Below are positions 44,492 through 60,700 of a DNA stretch of 64,000 nucleotides, in pieces. The stretch is from the human T2T-CHM13v2.0 reference genome, Homo sapiens, in assembly GCF_009914755.1 (NCBI RefSeq), contig NC_060930.1; one strand, 5' to 3'. The notes under the pieces were generated by a model. That model did no database searches. It had not been told where the DNA came from and was given only the letters and a program-made list of their open reading frames with translations. Numbering within the stretch: position 1 is the stretch's first letter; the number at the start of each line of letters is the position of its first letter. Made by a program: the position numbers and the translations under genes.

Positions 44492-45799
44492 TCACACTTT
44501 CTTCATATCAGCAATAAGACTGTTTTACTTTCTTATCATTGGTGTGTTCACTGGAGTAGCACTTTTAATTTCCTTCAAGACCTTTGTCTTTGTATTTGCA
44601 ACTTGGCTGTTGGTGTAAGGGCCTAGCTTTTGGCCTATCTCAACTTTCAGCATTACTTCCTCACTAAACTTGGTCATTTCTAGCTTTTGATTTAAGTCAG
44701 AGATGTGTGATTCTTCCTTTCACTTGAATACTAGAGGCTGTTGTAGGGTTATTAATTAGTCTGATTTCAGTATCATTGTGTCTCAGGGAATAGGGAGCCC
44801 TGAGGAGTGGGAAAGGGTAGGAAATGACCAGTTGGTGGAACAGTTAGAAGACACACAATATTTATTAAATTTGCTGTCTGACAAGGGCACAGTTTGAGAT
44901 ACCTCAAAACAATTAAAATGGTAACATTAAAGATCACTAATCACAGATCACCATAACAGATATAATGAAGAAGTTTGAAATATTGCAAGAATGACAAAAA
45001 TGTAATACAGAGACATAAAGGGAGCCCATGCCGTTGGAAAAATGGCATTGATTGGCTTGCTTGACACAGTGTTGCACAGACCTTCAATTTGTAAAAAAAA
45101 AAAAAAAATTCAGTTATTTGTGATGTGCAATGAAGCGAAGTGCAGTAAAACGAGGTAGGCCTGTAACTGTTTTCAGAGGTGAAGTAACTACACTTTATAT
45201 TTTATCTCTTGAAACAACAGAGAGAGGCTATAGTAGGGAATTGAATATTTAGAGCAAGGTCACTTCATTTTTTGTTTTATGAATTTACTTCTTTTTTTGA
45301 TCTATAATAGATTGTCATGCAGATACCATGGAAACTGAAGTCAGAATAACTGGATTTAAATGCAGTCAAGTTCCAGCTTTGCCCTTTGCTGGCAGTGTGG
45401 TATTAGACAAATCACATAATTTCCCTGTTTTCTCCACTTTAAAGTGGTATTTTGGCGGACTACAGTAAGATGGGCTCTAATACATTTTTTTTTGTAAAGA
45501 AAAATGGCTTTTTAGAGAAAATTTATTGCAGTTATAGAACACCGATTTCAAAAATAAGTTAAAAGTTAAATACAAAGCATTTATATAGTTCTCTTGAGTG
45601 TATGCTAATGTATATTTCTACTATTAGGAATGATTTATCATGGAACTCCATTTTGAAATAAATTTTTCTTTCCTGTTTCAGTATAACTAATACTAGAAGT
45701 TAAATTTAATGAAATGCCTGCTAGCAGAGTATATAGTTTATGAGTATGGTAGGTAATAGAGAAAAGTTTAATCTGGGATTAAAAATTAACCACAGGTTA

Positions 45800-47312
<1,513 letters not shown>

Positions 47313-47475
47313 AATTACCCTTAGGTAATCAACAGCAATGGATAATACACAAATTAATAAGGTAGTTGGCTTTATCACTTCAGATGTGTATGTTAAAATT
47401 CAGGGGAAAGCTGTAATTTAAAATTCACTGTCCATTTGAAAATAAGCTTCCTATTGGGACATTAAGGTGCACGTT

Positions 47476-48079
<604 letters not shown>

Positions 48080-50326
48080 TCACGTCCCTGTTACTAATTC
48101 AGATAGCTATACTGAAGAACAATGATAGTCAAATTGGGCTGGAAGATGAATAGAAATGCTGAATTGTTTTTGTGGCTTATTATGAAAAACTTTAGACACC
48201 ATAAGTTTGTTTTGTGACAAACTTATGCCCATTTCATTGTCCCTTTGCAGTGTGTTTGTCTTCCAGTTTTAAAAGTATTTTACAAAGGATATTGAACACA
48301 AGGATCTATGAACTTAATGTACAGAATATTATCATTTTGCCATCTTGCTTAAGTGTTACTTTTTAATAAAGAGAACATTACAGATGAGATTGAGTTCTCA
48401 TCACCTCCTTCTCATTTCTCTTCCTTTGCAGGACCACCTGTGTTCTTAAGTTGTATGTATCCTTTAGTCCATAGTTTTACACCTATTTGCCTGTGCATAA
48501 ACAAATAGTATTTTGTGTGATTTAGACACTTACATAATTGTTTCACATTGCACCTTTTCTTTATATTTAATGTGAGATTTCAACATGGATACATAATGTA
48601 GTTGCATCTGTTACAAATGGGTTTTATAACACTAGTTAGCTTATAGGTAATTAGTAGAGAGAAATGATGTCAGGACAATGAGAAAGTGTGTTAGTTTATT
48701 TTCTAGGTAAGAAGAGCTGTAATAAAGATTGTAGGATTATGACTTCAGCAAGAAAATGGAAGCAGCTTGGAGTTCTTTTGAATCTGAATACCTTTTTTTT
48801 TTTTTTTCTTCTTTTAAAGTAACCATCTGTATCTCTAAGGGTATCTTCCTCAAAGTTTACAGTTCTGGCATTGAGGGCTCTTAAATCCTGGTGCTCACTT
48901 TCACTGTCTCAGCATCCATAAGCCAACCAACATTCCCACTTAATTGTTTTTTGTTTTACATTTTTAATAGCTACTGAAGAATTCTTCAGTCATGACTGCT
49001 TGGGCAGTCTAAGTTATTGCCTATCTATGTAGGTTCTAGTTATTATTTGTTTTCGTTTATAGTGTTGAGGTCCCAAACTGCATAGGTTTTTGCATAAATT
49101 GAGTGGTCTGCAAACTCTATTTTTTATATAGTCACTGGTATTTTTAGTGTTTGATTTTGAAGTTTTCACATAATAAGTGGTATTTTAGTGTTTTTTTTTC
49201 TCCCAGAATGCATGGTGTTTAAGACTGCACATACAGTATTATAGGAGAGACACCTTTACTACTACTTTCTAATCTCTGCATAGTATTCCATTGTCCGGCT
49301 AAGTATTACATATTTTTTGGATATTTAGGACTTTTTTTCAATTTTTAGCTATTAAGAAATTTTTAGCTATTAGAACTTCAGTAAACATCTTTTTTGGGGT
49401 ATGTGTACAGCTGAAGATTTGCTGACTCCTAGGGTGTGCACATGTTCAACTATACTAGATGTTGTCTGATTTCTCTCTCAAGTAATTATACCAATTTAAA
49501 AACGTCTGATACCATCAGACTTTAAAAAAAATTTTTTTTTGGGGGGGGGGCTAGCCTTACAGATGTACAGTAGTATCTACCATGTTGTGTTTCATTTTCA
49601 TGATTACTAGTGAAGCTAGGCATCTTTTCACATTTCAGTTCCTTGTGTACAGCTTGTTCAGGATATTTCTTCTATTTTTCCTTTGAGTTCTTGTTCATAT
49701 TCTAGTTAATTTCTAGTAGTTCTTAATGTATTTTAACCAATAGACTTTTGTCTTCCTTCTGCTTATGTATTCCTCGTAAATGCTTTTTGTGACTTGTCTA
49801 AGTATAAACAACTTTACTATTAGCTGTAAAATTTTCATTTTTAGTATGTCATCAATCTTTTTTTGTGTTTAGTATGATTAAATGTTTTTCACTTGGAAAG
49901 ATATGAATAGTCTACTTCATTGATTTTTTTTAAGTCATTTCATTTTTATTTTGTAGCTACAAATCATAAACTATACCTCATTAATTTGTTATGTTTAAGA
50001 AGTAAGCTAAAACTGAGGAGAAACCAGGCTAACTTAGCAGATATTACTACATTCTTAACTTCAATATTTTAGACTAAAGTAGAGAATAAAGATTTATTTG
50101 TGGGTGTAACTTTGATTCAGTATCAATGTCTTGGCTAGTTCATATTTGGCACTTGGTTGTTGGAGTTGCTACTTTGTAATTGAGATAAAACAAAATAAAC
50201 ACATTCCAGTAAACAAATGCTTAGTTGACTATGACATATTTTGGGGTGTGGTGAGAAGAATCTTTCCCACAATTTATTTTATTGGGGGAAATAACAGTGT
50301 AAAACAGGATAAATTGTAATGCCTTA

Positions 50327-50786
<460 letters not shown>

Positions 50787-51762
50787 TTAGATAATTTATG
50801 ATAAAAAGATAATTAGGCAGACTACTTTGGCTGAATGAAAGTTTTCATATGGGGGAGTAATGGGATTTAAGACTAAAAGCATGGGTTAAAGTAGGGGGTA
50901 CAGTATATTTTGAAGATTACTTAAAGATATTTAAAACTATTTAATAAATTAATCTGAATGAGAAGGAAAGGTTTTCCAGAAGATAGAGTTGGGGCTATAA
51001 AGTATAATAGAGATCAGAGTGCTACATTGAGAGTGGAAATGAAGGGGATAGATAATAGGCTAATAACACTTTATATCTGTATGAATACTTTGCATATTCA
51101 CATACGTTATCTCACTTTATTCTCATGTCTTTGAAAATTAGGCATAGGGAATGTGTCATTCTTACCCAAAGTCTTGCTGGTAATATGGGCTAAAAACTTG
51201 ATCATAGTTAACTCTATGACAGGCCAATGCCAGGGCTCTTTTTAGATGAAAAAATGCATCTATGGTATGTGCTAGTTATTAGAGAAATGTGATCATTCTG
51301 TAACGTCCTGTGCTTTTGAGGCTGTTGGGGCAAGTGATATAAATCCTAGTCATTGAAATTTTCCAGTAGCATCAGCATAGTTGAAAGATCTTAGCATTAT
51401 AAAATTAAAAGTGCTTTTGATCACTTTCAGATTTGACCCTGGAAAAGGAAAAAAAAAATCAAACTGTTTCTCAAATTGCAATTTGATGGAAGTAAATTTT
51501 TTTTTTTAAACTAAACTCAAGAAATTTCAGAAGAAAGACACTTGACGTAAAGGAAATTCAAAGACTAAAGATGGAATGCAAAATATGTGGGAAAAAAAGT
51601 AAAAATACAGGTAATTAGAAAATGAAGCTTGGCTTGAAATGCATAGGTTTCTAGATAACTTTGTAAAATGCATTTAATCATTGTGTTCTGCCTCTATCCC
51701 TGGAAATTTTGCTGAAAACCAAGATTTTATTATACAGTTTAAGGAAATTAGGAAGTTCATTT

Positions 51763-52160
51763 TGTAAGTCAGGATAGTTTACATTGTGGTACCAACATCA
51801 AAATCTCAGTGGTGGCGTAGCACAAGGAAAGACTACATCCTTTCATGCAAAGTTTGGTCCAGCTAGCCAAGTCACTGTGCTGCTTTTCATGTGGCGGCAC
51901 AACCTTCTGGGCTGCTTTAGTCTTGTGGCAAGTCATTGTCAATTTGTGCTTTTGTAATTTTTCAGGACAGAGCAACAGAGCATAGAAAATCACGTTCCAG
52001 TTTTAAATGCTTCCCTCTGGAAGTGGTCCATATTACTTTTTCATTTCATTGGCCCATAGCAATGATGTGGTCATGTGTACTATCAAAGGGGCAGAAAAAT
52101 ATGATCTTGCTTTATATGCAAAAGAACAGTAGAACTAGAGCATTAGTAATGCCTATCACA
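51763..52160. mobile_element. Old MLT1 (K/L-like) LTR
   Basis: aaaatctcagtgg...ttttaaatgcttccctctggaagtgg...catttcattggcc pattern. Confidence 0.5.
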
Positions 52161-52594
52161 CCCAGTGTGTGTGTTGACTGGTACTCATGAAGGTCTTTTC
52201 ATGATGTGCAATGGATGCTTTGTTTACTTGATTTTATAGCTTCTGGATTGAGAGAAGATCCTGAATTGGTTAGAATTGGGCAGTAATACTGGAACAGAAA
52301 GTTAGAGATGACACCAGATAAAATAAATTTTCCCATTTATATACTTCCCATTTTTTTTTCAGTGTGAGTGACAAATGATGTTTTAGTTTGCTTATGAAAA
52401 GTTAGAAAACAGGACAGTGGAGGCTGAGATTTTTAGTTTCAGAGTAATTGAGATGTAAATAGGAAAGTCATGGACAATCAACTGTTATTCTTTATTAAAG
52501 TTAGATCATAGCATATGATTTTATATTTAGTGCAGCACTTCAGTGTATATCAATTCTATAGTTTTTTATTTCTGCCAATATGAGTTAGTTGCTG

Positions 52595-53308
52595 GTAGTT
52601 GTCCCCTCCAAATCTCATGTTGAAATGTGATTCCTAATATGGGAGGTGGGGCCTGGTGGGAGGTGATTGACCCATGGGGGCTGATCTGGCATGAATGATT
52701 TAGCGCCATGCCCTTGGTAATAAATGAATTCTCACCCAGTTCACTTGGGATCTGGTTATTTAAAAGAGTTTGGAACCTCCCTCCTCTTTCTCTTGTTCCT
52801 GCTCTCACTATGTGATGCGCCTGCTCCCCTTTCTTCTTCTGCCATGATTGGAAGCTTCCTCAGGCCCTCACCAGGAAGAGATGCTGGAGCCATGCTTGTA
52901 TAGCTTGCAGAACTGTGAGCCAATTAAACTTCTTTTTTTTTTTTTTTGGAGGCGGTTTCTTACTCTGTCACCCAGGCGGGAGTGCAGTGGTGCGGTGCGA
53001 TCACAGCTCACTGCAGCCTCGACTTTCTGGGCTCAAGCGATCCTCTCACCTCAGCCTGACAAATAGCTGCGACTACAGGTGTGTGCCACCATGCCTGGCT
53101 AATGTTTTTTCTATTTTTTGTGGAGGTGGGGTTTGCCATGTTGCCCAGGCTGGTCTTGAACTTCTGGGCTCAGGTGATATGCCTGCCTTGACCTCCCAAA
53201 GTGCTGAGATTGCAGGCCTAAGCCACCGCGCCTGGCCCTAAACCTCTTTTTAAAATAAATTACCCAGCCTCAGATACTTCTTTATAACAGCACAGGAACA
53301 GACTAATA
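52595..53308 (+). mobile_element. MSTB-like LTR containing an antisense AluJ (52933-53237)
   Basis: gtcccctccaaatctcatgttgaaat...aataaattacccagcctcag...gactaata; Alu TSD taaac(t/c)tcttttt. Confidence 0.85.
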
Positions 53309-53859
53309 ATAGTTGCCAAGTCTTCATGATATTTCTTTATCATCTTTTAGATCTTTTGATGGATATAGACAATCTGGTATATAGTTTAGGTATTTAGACT
53401 TTGGAGCCTGGCAGACTTGTGTTTCCCTGGGTAAGTTATTTAGTATTTATGAGATTTTTACCACCACCTCTATCTGCTGAAAAAAGGGATATTAATAGTA
53501 TTTATCTTATAGTGTTATGAGTATCCAATGAGATGATGTATTAAGCGTTTAATCTAGTAGACTTCGCTTACTAAATTTAATGTGTTGTGATCAGCATTTT
53601 ACATAAATAAGATGGATAGGAGTGAAGTTGAATAGAAAATGTCAGTTTATCCCCCTAGGTAGAATGGTTAAATATTGTTTTGTAAAACTTTTGTGTCAGG
53701 TGTTGTTGGGGGAGGTTCTGAGTGTGTGTCTTTAAGTGTGTTTATATGTGTATATATACTGGGGTTGTTACAAAGGTTTTCCCCCTTTATTCTGAGGAAA
53801 ATGGGAGACTTCAAAGAGAACAGTGAAAATGATCAGATATGAATTTAAAAAATCAGAAT

Positions 53860-54415
53860 ACTGAGTTATGATTTACAGAATAAAATACACCCATTTTAAA
53901 GTGTATTTCTGTGAGTTTTGACAAATATACCTATGCAGCTATACCTATATACCTATGCAGCTAGCATAACATTAAGATATTAGAACATTCATTATCTGCA
54001 AAAGTTAGTGTTCTACTGCATTTGTGCCTTGCAGGCTAGTGGCAACCACTGATATGCTTTTTGTCATTCTAGATTAGTTTTGCTTTTATAATAATTTAGT
54101 ATAATTAATAATGATTGGCTTTTTTGTGTCTGCTCTCCTTTGCTAAGAAGCATTCCATTTTATGTATACCACAGTGTTTATCCTCTTTTTACCTGTTGGT
54201 GGATATTTAGATTGTTTTCAATTTCTGAATATCAGGGGTAAAGCTGTCATAAACAATGATATATGCCTCTTTGTGTGAACATATATTTTCATTTCTTTTG
54301 AGTAATACTTGGGAGTGGGATTGCTGGGGTATATAAGAAACTGCAAAACTGTATTCTGAAGTGATTGTCCCATTTCACATTTCACATTTCCATCAGCAAT
54401 GTATGAATGTTCTAG
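53860..54415 (-). mobile_element. Old L1M 3' fragment
   Basis: ggcaaccactgat...cattccattttatgtataccacag...cccatcagcaatgtatg-like antisense L1 3' motifs. Confidence 0.65.
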
Positions 54416-56009
54416 TTGTACATCTTTTTAAAAATCAACCACATGTCCCTTTTTGCAATAGTTGTGACAGGCTTTTCAGTTTTATTTAGATAGTGGGTCT
54501 CTTCAGTATTCCTGAAAAGAGTATGAATTCCCCAGGTAGCCTCTGTTGTGGTATTTTTTAGAAAGAGACACGGTAGTACTGTGGCATATCCCTCCCTACA
54601 CTCCGCCTCTTGGTGTTCCAATTCAGTTGTTTTATTCTTATCTATTTGCCACTCATTTATTTATTCAGATATTTACTGAGGTTCCTTGCGCTAGGACTTT
54701 TTATAGGTGGCAAGAACACAACTGTGAATAACACAGATAACTTCACTCTTTTTTAATGAGTTCATATTCTAATGGTGGGGCAGACAAATATGCAAAAGAA
54801 TAAATGAATAAGATAAAGTTAATTTTTGATAGCCATAAGCACTTTGAACAAAAATGCTTGGGGAGGTGGGAAATGACATTGATAAGTTGGGTGGTCTAGA
54901 ATAACATCTCTGACAAGATTTGGCCAGTAAAACACAGGAGAATGCAGAGTAGATAAGGAATGAATTCCCTTTGAGAAGGATCCCTGAAATTAGACAAAGT
55001 AGGCTGCATGTGATGGTTTGGGTTTCTAGCTACTCTACTAGAGCTACTTCAGGAAGAAGATAGTTTGGCATTGTGACAGGAGTACGGCCTTTGGAATCAG
55101 GATGTGTAGACCTCTGTTTGACTTCTTTTGATGACCGTGCCCTTGCCACTATATCCACACAAGTACCTGTTGTGTGTTCTTTCTGAAGATGCTTCACCCT
55201 AGAGCATGAGTTTCTTCCTGTGTCAAAGCAGGGAACTTACCTGTTAGGATTGTTTGGTAGCAATTAGATTTTGTGTGTCTATTCCTTGTATGTAGATATA
55301 TAGTGGAATTTATTATCTCATCCTGTTATTTTCTTGCTCAAGAACTGCCCATTCATATCTGAAAGGAGAAATTGGAGAAGAAAATCACCTAAATTATAAA
55401 ATTAGTCAACAAATTTTTTTGAATACCTATAATATGGCAGGCACTGTTAAGTATTAACAATAAAATAGGGAAAAAGGCAGAACTTTTCAAATTGCCCTTT
55501 TAAAAGAAGTTAGTAGTTTTCAAGGAAGGAGAAAAATAAAGAGGAAAACAGTTAAAATGAGAAAATGTGGAACTAGCAGTTAGCTTGATTAGTCTATTTG
55601 CTTAAACTAGATAGTAAAAAAGATTTTAGTGTGTTAGGATTTGAGTATAAGTTCTAACTTCTTAGGGCAAAACAAATTTTGTTAGGTCTTTTTTGTGGAA
55701 CTAAAGTGTTGTGTTTAGAAAAATGACCTGTGGAAATGATTTTTTTTTTTTGTTGAGTCCTTTGGAATGGAAAAAAGGTAGTTCATTTTAGGTGAGGGGC
55801 TAAATTGACTATGGAAAGTTATTTCAGTTACTGAGACTGGGGATAAAGCAGACATCTCTGGGGCCTCGTTATTAAAAGCTGAAGATTTGTGTTCAAGTCC
55901 TGGTAGAAGTATCAGTGGTAAAAATATTTATAACAGTCAATATTGGTTGAGGACCTTGGATCTAAATATAAGCTTTATTTTCCTAAAGAGGAAATCTATG
56001 CTGAAAAAA

Positions 56010-56795
56010 GTGAAATGAATTGTGCCAAAGTCCAGTGCCTCACTTGGTCTCTGTTGACAGTTGTCGGGAGGGGCTCCCCACTGTGTTTCCATCGATACCT
56101 GCCTTGGCTGGAGAGGCAGATGTACTTCATTAGTGCTGTCCATATGGCCTCCGCTGACAGCAGGGGGAAGGAAGGTGTGGTTTGTTTTCACCTAGTGTGG
56201 AGGGAAGTCCCGGCTGTATACTGGGCCTTTTCTGGTAACCATGCCTCTGGTGGGTGGTGGTTGGGGGCGAAAGTGGGGTCTATGGTGGTGATTGGGGCAC
56301 CTTATTATAGCCTGATGAGGATGGAAGTCTAGGTTCCCTACTTGGTCATTGCTACCATGGGCAGGACTGGTGCTACAGTTTTTTTTTTTTTTTTTTTTTG
56401 TCCCTGTGGTGTTTGACTGTGGCACAGTGGTTATTGTCTAAGAGCTCTCTGTCTTGCCAGTCTGCCTGTTTCCTGGTCATTTGGCTAGGGCTAACACTAG
56501 TGGGCTTTTCTTGAGTTTTGTTTTCTTCTTCTCTGCTTGCATTGGCATTTCTATGTTGCAGACTTCTCCAGTACCTAGCCTGGGATATAGGCAAAAAGAA
56601 TATTAGTGAACTCACTGCCATGTTGTTCCTCAGATTCTGAGGAACTTGCTCAGTTCCTGTCCCTGGCTGGTCTGCCTTCTTTTCAAAATTTAATTATTTA
56701 TTTATTTTTTACATATGTAAGGTCCAGAGCTTTAAAATATATTTAGCAGGAAGAATAGGGAAACACCTACTCCATCTTTCTGTAAGGGAAAATCT
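56010..56795 (-). mobile_element. Old L1M 5'-end fragment
   Basis: ggaagaatagggaaa...ctactccatctt terminal pattern and a GC-richer body typical of ancient L1 5'UTRs. Confidence 0.5.
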
Positions 56796-56917
56796 AGATG
56801 GTGATGCTTGTAATGCACATCCATAACAGTTGCTTATCTTGCTCATAAGTAAGGTTTTTACTCAGTCTAAATACTCATAATTATAAAAGTTCTTTTCTAT
56901 TAGAAGTGGCATAGTAG

Positions 56918-57239
<322 letters not shown>

Positions 57240-57343
57240 TTATTAAGCTAGTGTTTGGAAAAGTTTAAATATTAGTTGCCATTAAAAAAGAAGAATAGAT
57301 TTGCATTCAGCAAAAAGCTAATAAACGTAGTTGATACCCTTTA

Positions 57344-57703
<360 letters not shown>

Positions 57704-60700
57704 CTAATTGGAGACATTGAATAATTATTGGTGGACTCTGTTCACTGATGAGTTTCATATAAAAGGGTGCAGAGTCTGATCACCTGAGGAGGCTGGGGAG
57801 GAGCAGGTGAGGAGGAATACTTAGAAGGTGCATTTGGTAGTGAATTTTGCAAGCGCCAGAGCACAGAGAGTCATGGAAAAAGCAGAGAAATATCAGCGGA
57901 ATGATATCAAAAGAGAAGGTTAACAAAGTATTTTTATTCGCTGTACTTAAAAGAGTGTTAGCAGGACAGTATTTGTTGATAAGGGGATTCAATCTGTGAA
58001 CAGTGAAGCAGTTTGTTTTTGTGAGCTTTGTAGTGATCCTGGAGGTGGTACTACTTACTTTACAACCTGTTACTGTTATAATGTTTTTATTTTGCTGCTT
58101 TAAGAAATAAGTGGATATGTTAACAGAAGGTGTCTCAGGTGCTGGTAAGTGAACTGCTGTTACTTACATTTTTAAATTTAAAATGAAATTTTGATCCCTT
58201 GTGAAGAGTTTCTTGACCTTGATATAAAGTGTTCTAGACTTTTTGATATAGTCAGGAAGAAGAAAACAAAAATTACCCAGTAAGTTTTTCAGGAAGCTGA
58301 CAAATGAATAAAAATCACTCAGATGTTTTTTCTTGGTTTCAACCTAAATTTCTAGCAATTTTTTTCTCTTCGTTTAGAATACAGGTTTTTAAAAAATTAG
58401 TTTGAAAAATTATCTTTTATTTAAAAATGTTTATTTTCAGTTTATTTGCAGATTTCCATAGTAAATATAATGTAAATTATATTTACTTTAAATCTTTAAA
58501 TATAATTAAAATCTTTTTTAAAGCTACTTGAAAAATTAGCAATATGAAGAATAAGAGATGTATGTATATAGCTACTTTGGAAAGTCTCATTGATTTAGAA
58601 AAAAATTCTTTTTTTAGAAGGATGCTGATTTAGTTTTTGACTGTTGTTATTCCAGTTTTCATAAGAAGAAATATTTAAGTAAAGGAAATGACAATTTGGT
58701 GTTATATGGTGTTTAGTTTTAAAAATCTTTTGCTTTATGAAACTGTTAGATCTTTTGGATGGATGTCAGTGATGTTTTCCAGTATTTATAGAAATGTATT
58801 GACGACTTTAATAGAACAATTCAAGAGCTAGCTTTATAATAGTTCATATAGAGAACATTTTGATGTTTGATTTACTTTCATTAATTGGAGACAGATTAAG
58901 GGAGAAAACCTTGCAGATATTGGAATATTAAATGGAAGACAAGTTTACTGGCTAATTGGGAATTGTAATGAAAATGGTAGATGTTAATTAGCTTGACTGT
59001 AGTAATCATTTCACTATCTACACATATGTCAAAAGATGTTGTATACCTTAAGTATATGCAATTTTTATTTAGAGAAAAGAACAGATCTCCATTTCCACTT
59101 GTGTTGAATATGTTGCTTAAGCAAGAAATAAATCTTCATTGAAAATAAGTAAAAATAAAAATAAAAAACGGTTGAAAGAATGCCAAAGTTGTGTATAGTT
59201 ATTGATGATACATCATAGTATGTTTTCTGTTACTGTTAAAGCATTAACTATTTTACACATATATTAAGAGTAATTCATTCTGTGACTTGAGTTATTTTAG
59301 ATAATACTATTCTGAATTTCACATAGACTATATTCAGTGAGTTGGAGAAATACTTTATACAGGTAATACTAGAAAATATATATAAGGATTTACATTTGAT
59401 AAAGTGTACTCGCATAGCATATGTGTCTTTTTCCAAATGCCCTATAACAATGTGACATAACACTGTTATTTGTAGGTACACCAAATCTTTTATTTTATTT
59501 TAAATCACAGACATAGTATATGTTGAAACAAAAGTCAAAGCAATATAGAAGTATCCATTGTGAAAAGTACCTTTCTTTATAACCCTCCCTCAGCTTTCTT
59601 CCATGTTTAGAAATTTGGTAGATAGCTTTAAAGACTGTTTCCTATAAAACAAATCTTTTAAATGGAATTATTTGTACCATTTCCCCCTTTTACATACTAT
59701 TCTTCATACTGTAAATAGAAATTCAAGAAATTCAAGACATTATTATATATAAACCATGTTAATGTTTGCCTTGGACTTAATCTGGAAAGTTACATTCTCA
59801 TTTTTTCCCTTTAGGAGTTAATACATTTTGTTTCGGCTAAGGTATTTCAGATTGGTCACTACTGTAGAAATAAGGTAAACCAGGTATCAGGAAAGTTGAG
59901 TGCCAGAGCTGGGCTTCTGGGATATCTCCTGCTCTAGCTCCTTGGACTCAGCACGACTTGCCTGCTGTGTCACTCTCATCTGTGGCCTCAAGGAGTCTAG
60001 CATCCTTGAGAAAGAATTTCCCATGTAAGCCTGATGTTTTTTCCGTTAGAAGAAATTGTAAACACATTAGCCCTCATTTTCTTGCAGTTCTTATTCTTAA
60101 ACCCCTTCATCTAGGCCTGAAGGTGGAAATGACATTTTTTAGATGAACAAAACTATTAGGAAAAATGTGACCATTATAAAATATTGGGTTATTTTCAGTT
60201 CATTTCAATCATTGTGGTATGTCTGAAAGAATGAGTAAAGAGAAAAGTTCTTAAGTGTTTTTTTTCTCCACTGTACTTCACTTGGCTCTCATTTACATTC
60301 CTGGATAGAAAAAAGGAAAGGAGTAGGATGCCATTGACAGTGAATTTATATAACTTCCCCCACCCCATTTCTACTTTTGCCTTCTCTGAATACAGGAGGA
60401 ATAGTTTAAATAGGAAGTTCCTTTGTCCAAAATGTGGAGAGCAATTGTGTAACAAAAAGCATAGTAGAGGAGAGAAGTTTAGAAACTTTCAAAGTAGTCC
60501 TGCTATATCTGTCATTTTTGTTTTCCTTGCCGATTTTGATCTATTGACACTTAGACGATACGTACTGATTTCATATTAAGGACATTTTTTCTTGTTGGTC
60601 ATTTTTCTTTGAACTTAAGTGCTTTAGTGAATATCCAATTTAATTTAATCATAATAAAAAGGAAAATCAAATGACTTTAAGTAGTTTTTCCTGGATATTC

